This document shows positions 56,694-64,000 of a DNA stretch of 64,000 nt, in pieces. The translations under genes and the position numbers were made by a program. The notes under the pieces are model-generated. The model was not told the origin of the DNA. It was given only the letters and a program-made list of their open reading frames with translations, and made no database searches. Numbering within the stretch: position 1 is the first letter of the stretch; each line of letters starts with the position of its first letter. Origin of the DNA: an uncultured Synergistaceae bacterium (GTDB lineage: Bacteria > Synergistota > Synergistia > Synergistales > Aminobacteriaceae); contig CAYRPJ010000016.1 in assembly GCA_964426245.1 (NCBI GenBank), positions 3,793 to 67,792 on the forward strand. The letters run 5' to 3'.

Positions 56694-57779
56694 TTATTTG
56701 GGTATATCTCCCTTCACGCCTTCTACGAACCAGCTCATAGAGAGCATCTCGCCGTCGGTCATACCCGTTCCTTCAGGAACTTTCACTGCGCCGCTCTGAT
56801 CCTTTACCGGCCCGTGGAAAACATCCCATTCACCGGAAATGATTTTCGCTTTTTCCGCTTCTACTAGAGCCTTTACCGTATCAGGAACATCTGCGCCGAA
56901 GGGCGCGAGGGAGACCATTCCCTCTTTGAGGCCGTACCAGATTTGTTTCGGCTCCCACGTGCCGTTGATCATCTGCTCGGCGGTCTCCTTGTAGACCATG
57001 CCCCAGTCCCATATAGGGGCGGTCAGGTGTTTCGTGGGCGCATAAGCGCTCATGTCGTTGTTGTATCCGACCACGTAGACTCCCGCTTCCTCCGCGGCCT
57101 GGGGAGCTGCGCCGGTATCTGCGTGCATGGCGAGGACATCGGCTCCGGCATCGATGAGAGCCTTTGCTGCTTCCATTTCCTTGCCGGGGTCGAACCAGGA
57201 GAAAATCCAGACGACCTGGACTTCCGCATCGGGATTGGTTTTCCGGACGCCCTGGGTGAAAGCGTTTATGCCCCTTATGACTTCGGGGATAGGGTGGGCC
57301 GCCACGTAACCGAGGCGGTTTTTCTTGGTCATGCTCCCCGCGACAAGGCCGGACAGATAACGCGCCTGGTACATCCTGCCGAAATATGTGCCGACGTTGG
57401 GTGCATCCTTATACCCGGAACAGTGCATGAAAATGACGTTCGGATACTTTTTGGCCACATCCTGGACGAAATCCATGTACCCGAAACTGGTGGCAAAGAC
57501 AAGTTTTGCACCGTTACGAACCATGGTTTCCATAACGCGTGCCGAGTCGGGGCCTTCCGGGACGGATTCAACGAAAGTCGATTTTACGCCGGGAAAGGCT
57601 TTCTCCATATCAAGCCGCCCCTGCTCGTGCATGAATGTCCATCCGCCGTCGCCGACGGGGCCGATATAGACGAACCCCGGGTTGAGCTTATCGGCGGGAA
57701 CGGGTGGAAACGCGGCATAGGCTGCACCGCAAAGGGTGATGCCGAGAACAAAAACGAGAAGCCATACGATTTTTTTCAC
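56694..57779 (-). CDS. BMP-family (PnrA/Med-like) ABC substrate-binding protein
   Basis: Signal peptide MKKIVWLLVFVLGITLCGAAYA. Also GFVYIGPVGDGGW, FATSFGYMD, VAAHPIPEV. GTG start lies 8 nt after GGGAGG. Confidence 0.85.
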   Translation of the reverse strand: MKKIVWLLVFVLGITLCGAAYAAFPPVPADKLNPGFVYIGPVGDGGWTFMHEQGRLDMEKAFPGVKSTFVESVPEGPDSARVMETMVRNGAKLVFATSFGYMDFVQDVAKKYPNVIFMHCSGYKDAPNVGTYFGRMYQARYLSGLVAGSMTKKNRLGYVAAHPIPEVIRGINAFTQGVRKTNPDAEVQVVWIFSWFDPGKEMEAAKALIDAGADVLAMHADTGAAPQAAEEAGVYVVGYNNDMSAYAPTKHLTAPIWDWGMVYKETAEQMINGTWEPKQIWYGLKEGMVSLAPFGADVPDTVKALVEAEKAKIISGEWDVFHGPVKDQSGAVKVPEGTGMTDGEMLSMSWFVEGVKGDIPK

Positions 57780-57944
57780 GCTTATTACCTCCCTGCAAAA
57801 AGAATTGAGGGCAAATTCTCCTCATGCGTATTATACAGTGCAAAGGGCGAAAAAATAAGAGTCTTGTCGACTTCTTGGAAGGATGAACCGTGTTAGAATA
57901 AAAGCGTTGTCGAAGTGCGAATAAACTTATGAGGAGTGGGTGGC

Positions 57945-58421
57945 GTGTCCAGCGAAAGGTATCATAAGACCTATCCGGTCTCGTGGGAGCAGGTGCATCG
58001 TGATTGCAAGGCTTTGGCTTGGCGACTCGTGGGGGTGCGCAAGTGGGAGCGAATTGTCGGTATTGCCCGGGGAGGTCTTATTCCTGCTGCCATCATCGCC
58101 CGGGAACTCGACGTCAGGATTGTGGACACGGTGTGTGTGTCGAGCTATGTTCTCCGTACTCAGGGAGAACTTTCGATTCTTAAAGAGATTTCCGGTGACG
58201 GAGAAGGCTGGCTCATCATCGATGATCTGGTCGATACAGGAAGAACCGCCAAGGTCGTGCGGAACATGCTGCCGAAAGCACATTTCGCAGCGGTCTATGC
58301 GAAGCCGGACGGTCGTTCTTTTGTGGACACGTTCATCACCGAGGTCAGTCAGGATACGTGGATCCTCTTTCCCTGGGATGCCGAGACATCCTACGCGAAG
58401 CCGATAGCGGAGCAGCAGTAG
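57945..58421 (+). CDS. gpt: xanthine-guanine phosphoribosyltransferase
   Basis: Collinear with E. coli Gpt: VSWEQVH.., [65 protein letters not shown] 57945 lies 8 nt after gaggag. Confidence 0.9.
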   Translation: MSSERYHKTYPVSWEQVHRDCKALAWRLVGVRKWERIVGIARGGLIPAAIIARELDVRIVDTVCVSSYVLRTQGELSILKEISGDGEGWLIIDDLVDTGRTAKVVRNMLPKAHFAAVYAKPDGRSFVDTFITEVSQDTWILFPWDAETSYAKPIAEQQ

Positions 58422-58542
58422 CGTTTTCGCCAAGTCCGGGACAGAGCATACGCGAAACACGCTCGTTCAACCGGGCTGGTTCGAATTTACCATGCTGTCC
58501 GTGGGCAAAAGTCGATAGAATACTCCGGAAGGCGGGATTTGT

Positions 58543-59010
58543 TTGAATTACCTTGTATATGCGGGGTTTCTTCTCTTATGGGGATGGATCCTCGCAGCCG
58601 GATACATCCGCTATGTTCTTCCCTTCATCGAATCCGCGTACGATTCGCTGGAATCGATGGAAAAGAGTGGTGAAACCTTTCCCAGGATTATCGCATTTCT
58701 TTCAAAAATCATCATGAGCGGCGCCCAGATGTATCTTCTTGGAATATGGTCGGCCTACTGCGTTCTCCGGACCATGATCTTCCTCAGGGCTCCGGGCACG
58801 AGCGGCTGGCTCTACTACATCACGGCTTTTTTAATCTGCGAAGGGGTTCTGGGTATTGTCGCGAAGCGAGAAAAATATCGGGGACTTCTTTCGGTGTTTC
58901 ACTCCGCGATGGCGATGGGGCTGTTCGTCATATTCGCACTCAACCCATACTTTCTCGCCTCGGTCTACCCTTGGCTTCCTCCTCTGGTGAAGTTCTCCTT
59001 CCCCCGGTAA
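58543..59010 (+). CDS. hypothetical membrane protein (about four hydrophobic helices)
   Basis: ORF with a TTG start after ggaaggcggg. I recognise no family. Confidence 0.45.
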   Translation: MNYLVYAGFLLLWGWILAAGYIRYVLPFIESAYDSLESMEKSGETFPRIIAFLSKIIMSGAQMYLLGIWSAYCVLRTMIFLRAPGTSGWLYYITAFLICEGVLGIVAKREKYRGLLSVFHSAMAMGLFVIFALNPYFLASVYPWLPPLVKFSFPR

Positions 59011-59015
59011 TTACA

Positions 59016-59061
59016 AGCACCGACAGACGAGGACTTTTTTCCGTCCGCGTCTGTCGGTGCT
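59016..59061. terminator. long hairpin between convergent genes
   Basis: agcaccgacagacg (59016-59029) pairs with cgtctgtcggtgct (59048-59061), with inner ggac/gtcc. No clean U-tract. Confidence 0.5.
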
Positions 59062-59105
59062 AAAAATCCCCGCACCGGCCCGGCTCCCGTGTGCTGTGTC
59101 GTCTT

Positions 59106-59486
59106 CTAGGCGAAACAGGTATTTCCTGCAGGGTCGCCTTTCGGCGGAACGATGCAAACGAACTGAAGAGGCTCGTTCCCCGTGTTCTCGAAAAAGTGTT
59201 CCACGTTAGAGGGGACATGAGCCCAGCAACCGCTCTCGAGCGGATAGACCGTGCCGTCGATTGTCGCGTTGCATCTCCCCGAGAGGATGAGAACGTAATG
59301 AGGCCAGTCGTGTGTATGAAAGGGTGTTTTAGCGTTGCCTTTCACAGTGAAATGGCGTGCTACGTAGTCGTTCCAGAACTTTCCGGGAGCGAAGATAATG
59401 CGTTTTTCGATGCCTTCCGCATGGGAAGCGTCTTCAACCAGCGGAAGATCGGAAATTCTGCCCGCGTGGAGTATGGATTCGGACAT
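59106..59486 (-). CDS. cupin-domain protein
   Basis: PFHTHDWPHYVLILSG..VPSNVEHFFEN (cupin motifs). ATG 59486 lies 9 nt after aaggag. The track ORF runs to 59591. Confidence 0.7.
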   Translation of the reverse strand: MSESILHAGRISDLPLVEDASHAEGIEKRIIFAPGKFWNDYVARHFTVKGNAKTPFHTHDWPHYVLILSGRCNATIDGTVYPLESGCWAHVPSNVEHFFENTGNEPLQFVCIVPPKGDPAGNTCFA

Positions 59487-59567
59487 GAAACTCACTCTCC
59501 TTGTTATTTCGTTAGAATCTCGATTATTTCCCGGAGATGGTACCATCGCTTCTTCTGCTTGTCCAGA

Positions 59568-59597
59568 TGGTTTCAACCTGAATGGTTTCAACCTGAA
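59568..59597. repeat. perfect 15-bp tandem duplication
   Basis: tggtttcaacctgaa occurs twice (59568-59582, 59583-59597) in the cupin/ilvD divergent intergenic region. Confidence 0.85.
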
Positions 59598-59671
59598 TCC
59601 GCAGGCAGAGGAGGCGTCACCGGCATACCGGCGGTCAGCGGCGACATCTCTCCTGGATTATTCGAACAGAC

Positions 59672-59699
59672 TTGCAATTCTTGATGCAGTGACTATAAT
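59672..59699 (+). promoter_or_regulatory. candidate sigma70 promoter for ilvD
   Basis: TTGCAA (59672-59677), 16 nt, TATAAT (59694-59699). Confidence 0.55.
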
Positions 59700-59781
59700 G
59701 CGTTACCATAAGAAGAGGCATCCTTCAGGCAGGAGGAATTGAGTGTTTTTTTAAATCCATGTTCCACAGGAGGGGATAGTA

Positions 59782-61443
59782 TTGCGAAGCGACAGTGCGA
59801 AAAAGGGAGCGGAGCGAGCGCCTCACCGCTCGCTGATGAAGGCATCCGGGTATACGGACTGGGAAATTGCCCGCCCGTGGATAGGTGTAGTGAATCCGTA
59901 CAACGCTATTATTCCGGGACACATTCACCTCAATAGGATTACAGAAGCCGTGAAGTCGGCTGTATACGCCTTCGGCGGGCTTCCTTTGGAATTTCCCGTC
60001 ATCGGCGTGTGCGACGGAATTGCAATGAATCACGAGGGGATGAAGTTTTCCCTTCCAAGCCGCGAGCTGATCATGGATTCCATCGAGGTAATGGCGAGGG
60101 GGCACGCTCTTGACGCGCTCGTGCTCGTGACCAACTGCGACAAAATCATTCCCGGCATGGCGATGGCCGCTCTTTCACTGAATATCCCCACGGTCATGAT
60201 CAGCGGCGGTCCGATGCTCGCGGGAGTCAGCGAGGGCAAGGATGTGGACCTCAGCAATCTCTTCGAGGCTGTCGGCAAGAGGGCCGCAGGCGCCATCTCC
60301 GATGAAGAGCTTCGCGAGTTCGAGGACCTCGCATGCCCGACGTGCGGCTCGTGCGCCGGAATGTTTACCGCGAACACAATGAACTGCATGATAGAAGCGC
60401 TCGGTTTTGCTCTCCCCGGCAACGGCACCATCCCCGCCGTGTACTCGGCCAGAGACCGCCTCGCCAAGGAGGCCGGCCGGCAAATCATGTCTCTTGTCGA
60501 GAAAAACATCCGTCCGAGGGACATTCTCACAGAAAAGGCGTTCGACAATGCCGTCGCCGTGGACATGGCGCTCGGCGGATCAACCAATACGGCCCTTCAC
60601 CTTCCGGCGCTTGCACACGCGGCGGGTCTTTCCCTCACGCTCGAACACTTCGACGAGATCAGTGCACGGACTCCGCATCTCTGCAGCATGAGTCCCGGAG
60701 GTCCGCATCATATTCAGGATCTTTTCGCGGCCGGGGGAGTACAGGCAGTCATGGCCCGCCTCGCCGAGGCAGGTCTGCTCGACGGAAGCGTGCTCACGGT
60801 CACGGGAAAAACAGTAGCGGAAAATCTCAAAGGCGTTCGGGTGAAAGACGACGGTATTATCCGCCCTCTCGGCAATCCCTACCACCAACAAGGAGGACTT
60901 GCCGTTCTCAAGGGAAATCTTGCTCCCGAAGGAAGTGTAGTGAAGCAATCCGCTGTCGACCCCTCGATGATGAAACACTCCGGCCCCGCCCGTGTGTTCG
61001 ACAACGAAGAGGCAGCCACCAAGACTATCCTGTCGGGAGGGATCAAGGCAGGAGATGTCGTCGTCATCCGGTACGAAGGTCCAAAGGGAGGTCCCGGCAT
61101 GCGCGAGATGCTCACACCGACTTCTTCTCTTGCCGGAATGGGCATGGACAAGACCGTTGCGCTCATCACCGACGGCCGTTTTTCAGGAGCTTCGCGCGGC
61201 GCCTCGATAGGGCATGTATCCCCCGAGGCCGCTGCAGGAGGCCCTATCGGTCTTGTCAAAGAGGGGGACATCATCGAGATCGATATACCCGCAAGGAAAC
61301 TCAGTCTTGCACTATCCGAAGAGGAACTCGCAAGACGCCGGGCGGAATGGAAGCCTGTGGAAAGTCGTATGGACAGCCTCTTTCTCCAAAGATACAGGGC
61401 ATTTGTTACATCGGGTTCCAAGGGAGCCGTCTTCAGCGAATAG
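59782..61443 (+). CDS. ilvD: dihydroxy-acid dehydratase
   Basis: [71 protein letters not shown] start after aggagggg. Confidence 0.9.
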   Translation: MRSDSAKKGAERAPHRSLMKASGYTDWEIARPWIGVVNPYNAIIPGHIHLNRITEAVKSAVYAFGGLPLEFPVIGVCDGIAMNHEGMKFSLPSRELIMDSIEVMARGHALDALVLVTNCDKIIPGMAMAALSLNIPTVMISGGPMLAGVSEGKDVDLSNLFEAVGKRAAGAISDEELREFEDLACPTCGSCAGMFTANTMNCMIEALGFALPGNGTIPAVYSARDRLAKEAGRQIMSLVEKNIRPRDILTEKAFDNAVAVDMALGGSTNTALHLPALAHAAGLSLTLEHFDEISARTPHLCSMSPGGPHHIQDLFAAGGVQAVMARLAEAGLLDGSVLTVTGKTVAENLKGVRVKDDGIIRPLGNPYHQQGGLAVLKGNLAPEGSVVKQSAVDPSMMKHSGPARVFDNEEAATKTILSGGIKAGDVVVIRYEGPKGGPGMREMLTPTSSLAGMGMDKTVALITDGRFSGASRGASIGHVSPEAAAGGPIGLVKEGDIIEIDIPARKLSLALSEEELARRRAEWKPVESRMDSLFLQRYRAFVTSGSKGAVFSE

Positions 61444-61460
61444 CACCTTTGCCGGTCAAT

Positions 61461-61486
61461 AAGGGGCTCCCGCGGGAGCCCCTTTG
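61461..61486 (+). terminator. hairpin after ilvD
   Basis: aaggggctcc/cgcg/ggagcccctt palindrome, followed by a short T-tract. Confidence 0.5.
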
Positions 61487-61503
61487 CTACAGGAGGGAAG
61501 AAT

Positions 61504-62217
61504 GTGGGAGAGAGGGAGAATACCGAGACCCGCATCCTCGATGCAGTCGGAACGATTCTTTCGCGAAAGGGATTCCGGTATCTGGGAGTGAACGGCATTG
61601 CCCGGGAAGCTGGTGTGGATAAGGTTCTTATCTATCGCTACTTCGGCGGATTGCAGCCGCTCCTGCGTACTTACTTCACGCGGCGAAAGTACTGGCCTTC
61701 GACCGAGGAGATCCTCGAGACTGCCGGAGAGAAAGACGCCGACCCGGCGACGAGAGCATACGCAATTCTGAGAGGATACCTGCGGGAGTTGAAAAAATCG
61801 GATGCGGCACGGGAAGTCCTGCGGGGAGAGATCGCCGGCAGAGAGGATGTGGCCGTAGAAACAGCGGAAGAGCGGTACCGTCAAGGTATGGAACTGCTCG
61901 ATCTGTTGAGGGAGCCCGGCAAAGAGATCGAGGGGCTGACCGAAATGGCGGCTCTGCTCTCGGCCGGTTTCACTTTTTTGCTTCTGCGGAGGGATGTATC
62001 TTCACGCTATCTCGGTCTTGATCTGCGAAAAGACGAGACGTGGGAGAGGCTGGAGAGAGCCATTCATCTTCTGGTGAGGCTCTTTTTCGCAGGAAAGACC
62101 CCGTCGGAAGATGAACGGGGTCTTTCCGGAAATGAGGAGGGGACTATTTCCCCTTCGCGAGAGTCTCCACCAGGGCCTTGCCGAACTGGGGCAGATCGGC
62201 AGGAGTGCGGCTCGTGA
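61504..62217 (+). CDS. TetR-family transcriptional regulator
   Basis: N-terminal HTH ILDAVGTILSRKGFRYLGVNGIAREAGVDKVLIYRYFGG. GTG start after aggaggg. The 3' end overlaps the convergent gene by 74 nt. Confidence 0.8.
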   Translation: MGERENTETRILDAVGTILSRKGFRYLGVNGIAREAGVDKVLIYRYFGGLQPLLRTYFTRRKYWPSTEEILETAGEKDADPATRAYAILRGYLRELKKSDAAREVLRGEIAGREDVAVETAEERYRQGMELLDLLREPGKEIEGLTEMAALLSAGFTFLLLRRDVSSRYLGLDLRKDETWERLERAIHLLVRLFFAGKTPSEDERGLSGNEEGTISPSRESPPGPCRTGADRQECGS

Positions 62218-62671
62218 CTATTTTTTGGGAGATGACGACCGGTTCGTCGAGCCACTCTGCACCGGCAAGCATCATATCGTCCTTGATACTCTTGTAGGAA
62301 GTCGCACGGACGCCTTCGAGGATACGCGCCGAAACCAGAACGCTGCCGCCATGGCATATAGCGGCTACGATGCCTCCTTTGGCATGCACGTCACGGACGA
62401 AGTCGACAATTCCCTGATGGACCCTGAGCTTGTCGGGAGCCCATCCTCCCGGAACGACGACGCCCGCGAAATCCTTGGCGGAAATCTCCGAGGGCGAAGA
62501 TTCCGCCTTGATGGAGGAACCCATTTTCCCGACGTAGCTCCTGCCGGTTTCCGGCCCGACGATGACAGGCTGGAACCCCTCTTCAACGAGGCGATAGTAA
62601 GGGTACCAGAACTCCAAGTCGTGGACGGTATCCTCCACGAGGACAGCAACTTTTTTGATCTTTTTTGCCAT
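62144..62671 (-). CDS. DJ-1/PfpI-family protein
   Basis: KKVAVLVEDTVHDLEF, VVPGGWAPD. Nucleophile elbow AAICHGG. Confidence 0.85.
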   Translation of the reverse strand: MAKKIKKVAVLVEDTVHDLEFWYPYYRLVEEGFQPVIVGPETGRSYVGKMGSSIKAESSPSEISAKDFAGVVVPGGWAPDKLRVHQGIVDFVRDVHAKGGIVAAICHGGSVLVSARILEGVRATSYKSIKDDMMLAGAEWLDEPVVISQKIVTSRTPADLPQFGKALVETLAKGK

Positions 62672-62783
62672 TGTTCATCCTCCTTTATGCAATGTAATAA
62701 ATTCCATCCTTCAATATGGCCGCGTGAGAAACAACTTTTTAAGTGTATCATATGCGAAACAATTTTAATAGGAGGCGAAACGA

Positions 62784-63311
62784 ATGAAATCGCAAGACAA
62801 CCCTGTTATTACTGCCATCCTCTCACGAAGAAGCATTCGCAAGTTCCGGATGGATCGGATTTCTCCGGAAGTGCGCGATACGCTTCTCGAATGCGCCTTT
62901 GCGGCGCCATCGGCCCATAACCGTCGTCCGTGCCACTTTATCGTCGTGGAGGAAAGAGCCGCGCTTGATTCCCTGGCCGAGGCTCACGATTCCGGCAAAA
63001 TGCTGTTTCAGGCCCCCCTTGCAATCGCCGTGTGCGCAGAAACGGCTTCGTATCCGGAGGGAGACCGCGCATGGATCGAGGACTGCGCCGCGGCGCTGGA
63101 AAATATTCTTGTCGCCGCAAAGGGACTCGGACTTGAAGGCGTATGGCTGAAGGTGATGGACCGTCACCCGCGGAACGAGCTGATTCGTCCCGTTCTGGCT
63201 GTTCCGGATTCCGTCGAGATCGTCGGCATAGCCGCTATCGGCTTCGGAGCGGAAGATAAGGCTCCGCATCAGGGGCTGCACGAAGATCGTCTGCACAGAA
63301 ACCGCTGGTAA
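62784..63311 (+). CDS. nitroreductase-family protein
   Basis: ILSRRSIRKF, APSAHNRRPCHFIVV, NILVAAKGLGLEGVW. Confidence 0.8.
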   Translation: MKSQDNPVITAILSRRSIRKFRMDRISPEVRDTLLECAFAAPSAHNRRPCHFIVVEERAALDSLAEAHDSGKMLFQAPLAIAVCAETASYPEGDRAWIEDCAAALENILVAAKGLGLEGVWLKVMDRHPRNELIRPVLAVPDSVEIVGIAAIGFGAEDKAPHQGLHEDRLHRNRW

Positions 63312-63342
63312 AATACGTCTCTTTTCAAGATTGTCGAGAAAT

Positions 63343-63426
63343 GCACTTCCCGGTTTCAGGGCGGTAGCTGTCCGGTTTTTCCGCGAGGGAGTGACAGATC
63401 GGGAAGGTGCAGCTGTTCTTTTTTTC
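63343..63426 (+). terminator. large imperfect hairpin plus T-run after the nitroreductase gene
   Basis: gcacttcccg (63343-63352) pairs with cgggaaggtgc (63400-63410), with inner gctgtc/gacag. Followed by ttcTTTTTTT. Folded by eye. Confidence 0.4.
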
Positions 63427-63497
63427 CGAATGTGCCGGAATACGGTGAGCCGTGTCCGTGATGCCGGTTTCCGACGGTGCTGGAGAGCGTTTCGGCC

Positions 63498-64000
<503 letters not shown>

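Noticed and set aside
57780-57944. Purine riboswitch upstream of gpt
   Set aside because: No three-way-junction purine-riboswitch consensus is visible, only a TGTTAGAAT extended -10-like element (57889-57897).
58460-58500. GGTTCGAAT, a T-loop-like tRNA signature
   Set aside because: The flanking bases do not form a T-stem (gctgg versus ttacc), and no acceptor or anticodon arms can be drawn.
59487-59591. Upstream extension of the cupin ORF
   Set aside because: The extension runs into the 15-bp tandem repeat and has no ribosome-binding site. ATG 59486 has an aaggag at good spacing.
60333-61622. 429-aa arginine-rich ORF on the plus strand
   Set aside because: It is an alternative frame inside ilvD. 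The ilvD frame has full-length family motifs, and this product is a composition artefact.

Overview
GC-rich bacterial chromosomal segment, densely coded, with GGAGG-type ribosome-binding sites and many ATGA/TTGA start-stop overlaps. I saw no rRNA or tRNA genes, CRISPR arrays, transposases, integrases, phage genes or recognisable defence genes. A TamB/AsmA-like giant envelope protein implies a diderm cell, and a T-box leader is present; I cannot assign a lineage from the sequence alone. Gene content, left to right: gamma-glutamyltranspeptidase; (deoxy)ribokinase and deoC; a poly-gamma-glutamate (PGA) synthetase-like cassette chained to its own histidine kinase and response regulator; an orphan amino-acid binding protein; a seven-gene Wsp-like chemosensory operon ending in a REC-PAS-GGDEF protein; a Lys-specifier T-box leader in front of lysA, followed by a LivJHMGF-type ABC system; metH-metF; dapF; the TamB-like protein; a secreted C69 dipeptidase; two tandem paralogous tri-domain enzymes (acyl-AMP/CoA ligase, carrier domain, lysophospholipid acyltransferase), each preceded by a small coupled leader ORF; an SLC13/TrkA-C transporter; a glycogen cluster (glgC, glgA, glgP, malQ, GH57); a DctM remnant; a VanX/DdpX dipeptidase; a BMP-family nucleoside ABC system next to gpt; ilvD; a TetR regulator; a PfpI/DJ-1 protein; a nitroreductase; and the start of gyrA. 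The observations most worth follow-up are the PGA cassette, which lacks PgsA/CapA and carries an in-operon two-component system; the Wsp-like c-di-GMP pathway beside it; the Lys T-box on lysA; and the duplicated tri-domain lipid enzymes with ATGA-coupled leader ORFs. All motif, repeat and RNA-fold calls were made by eye and were not computed.
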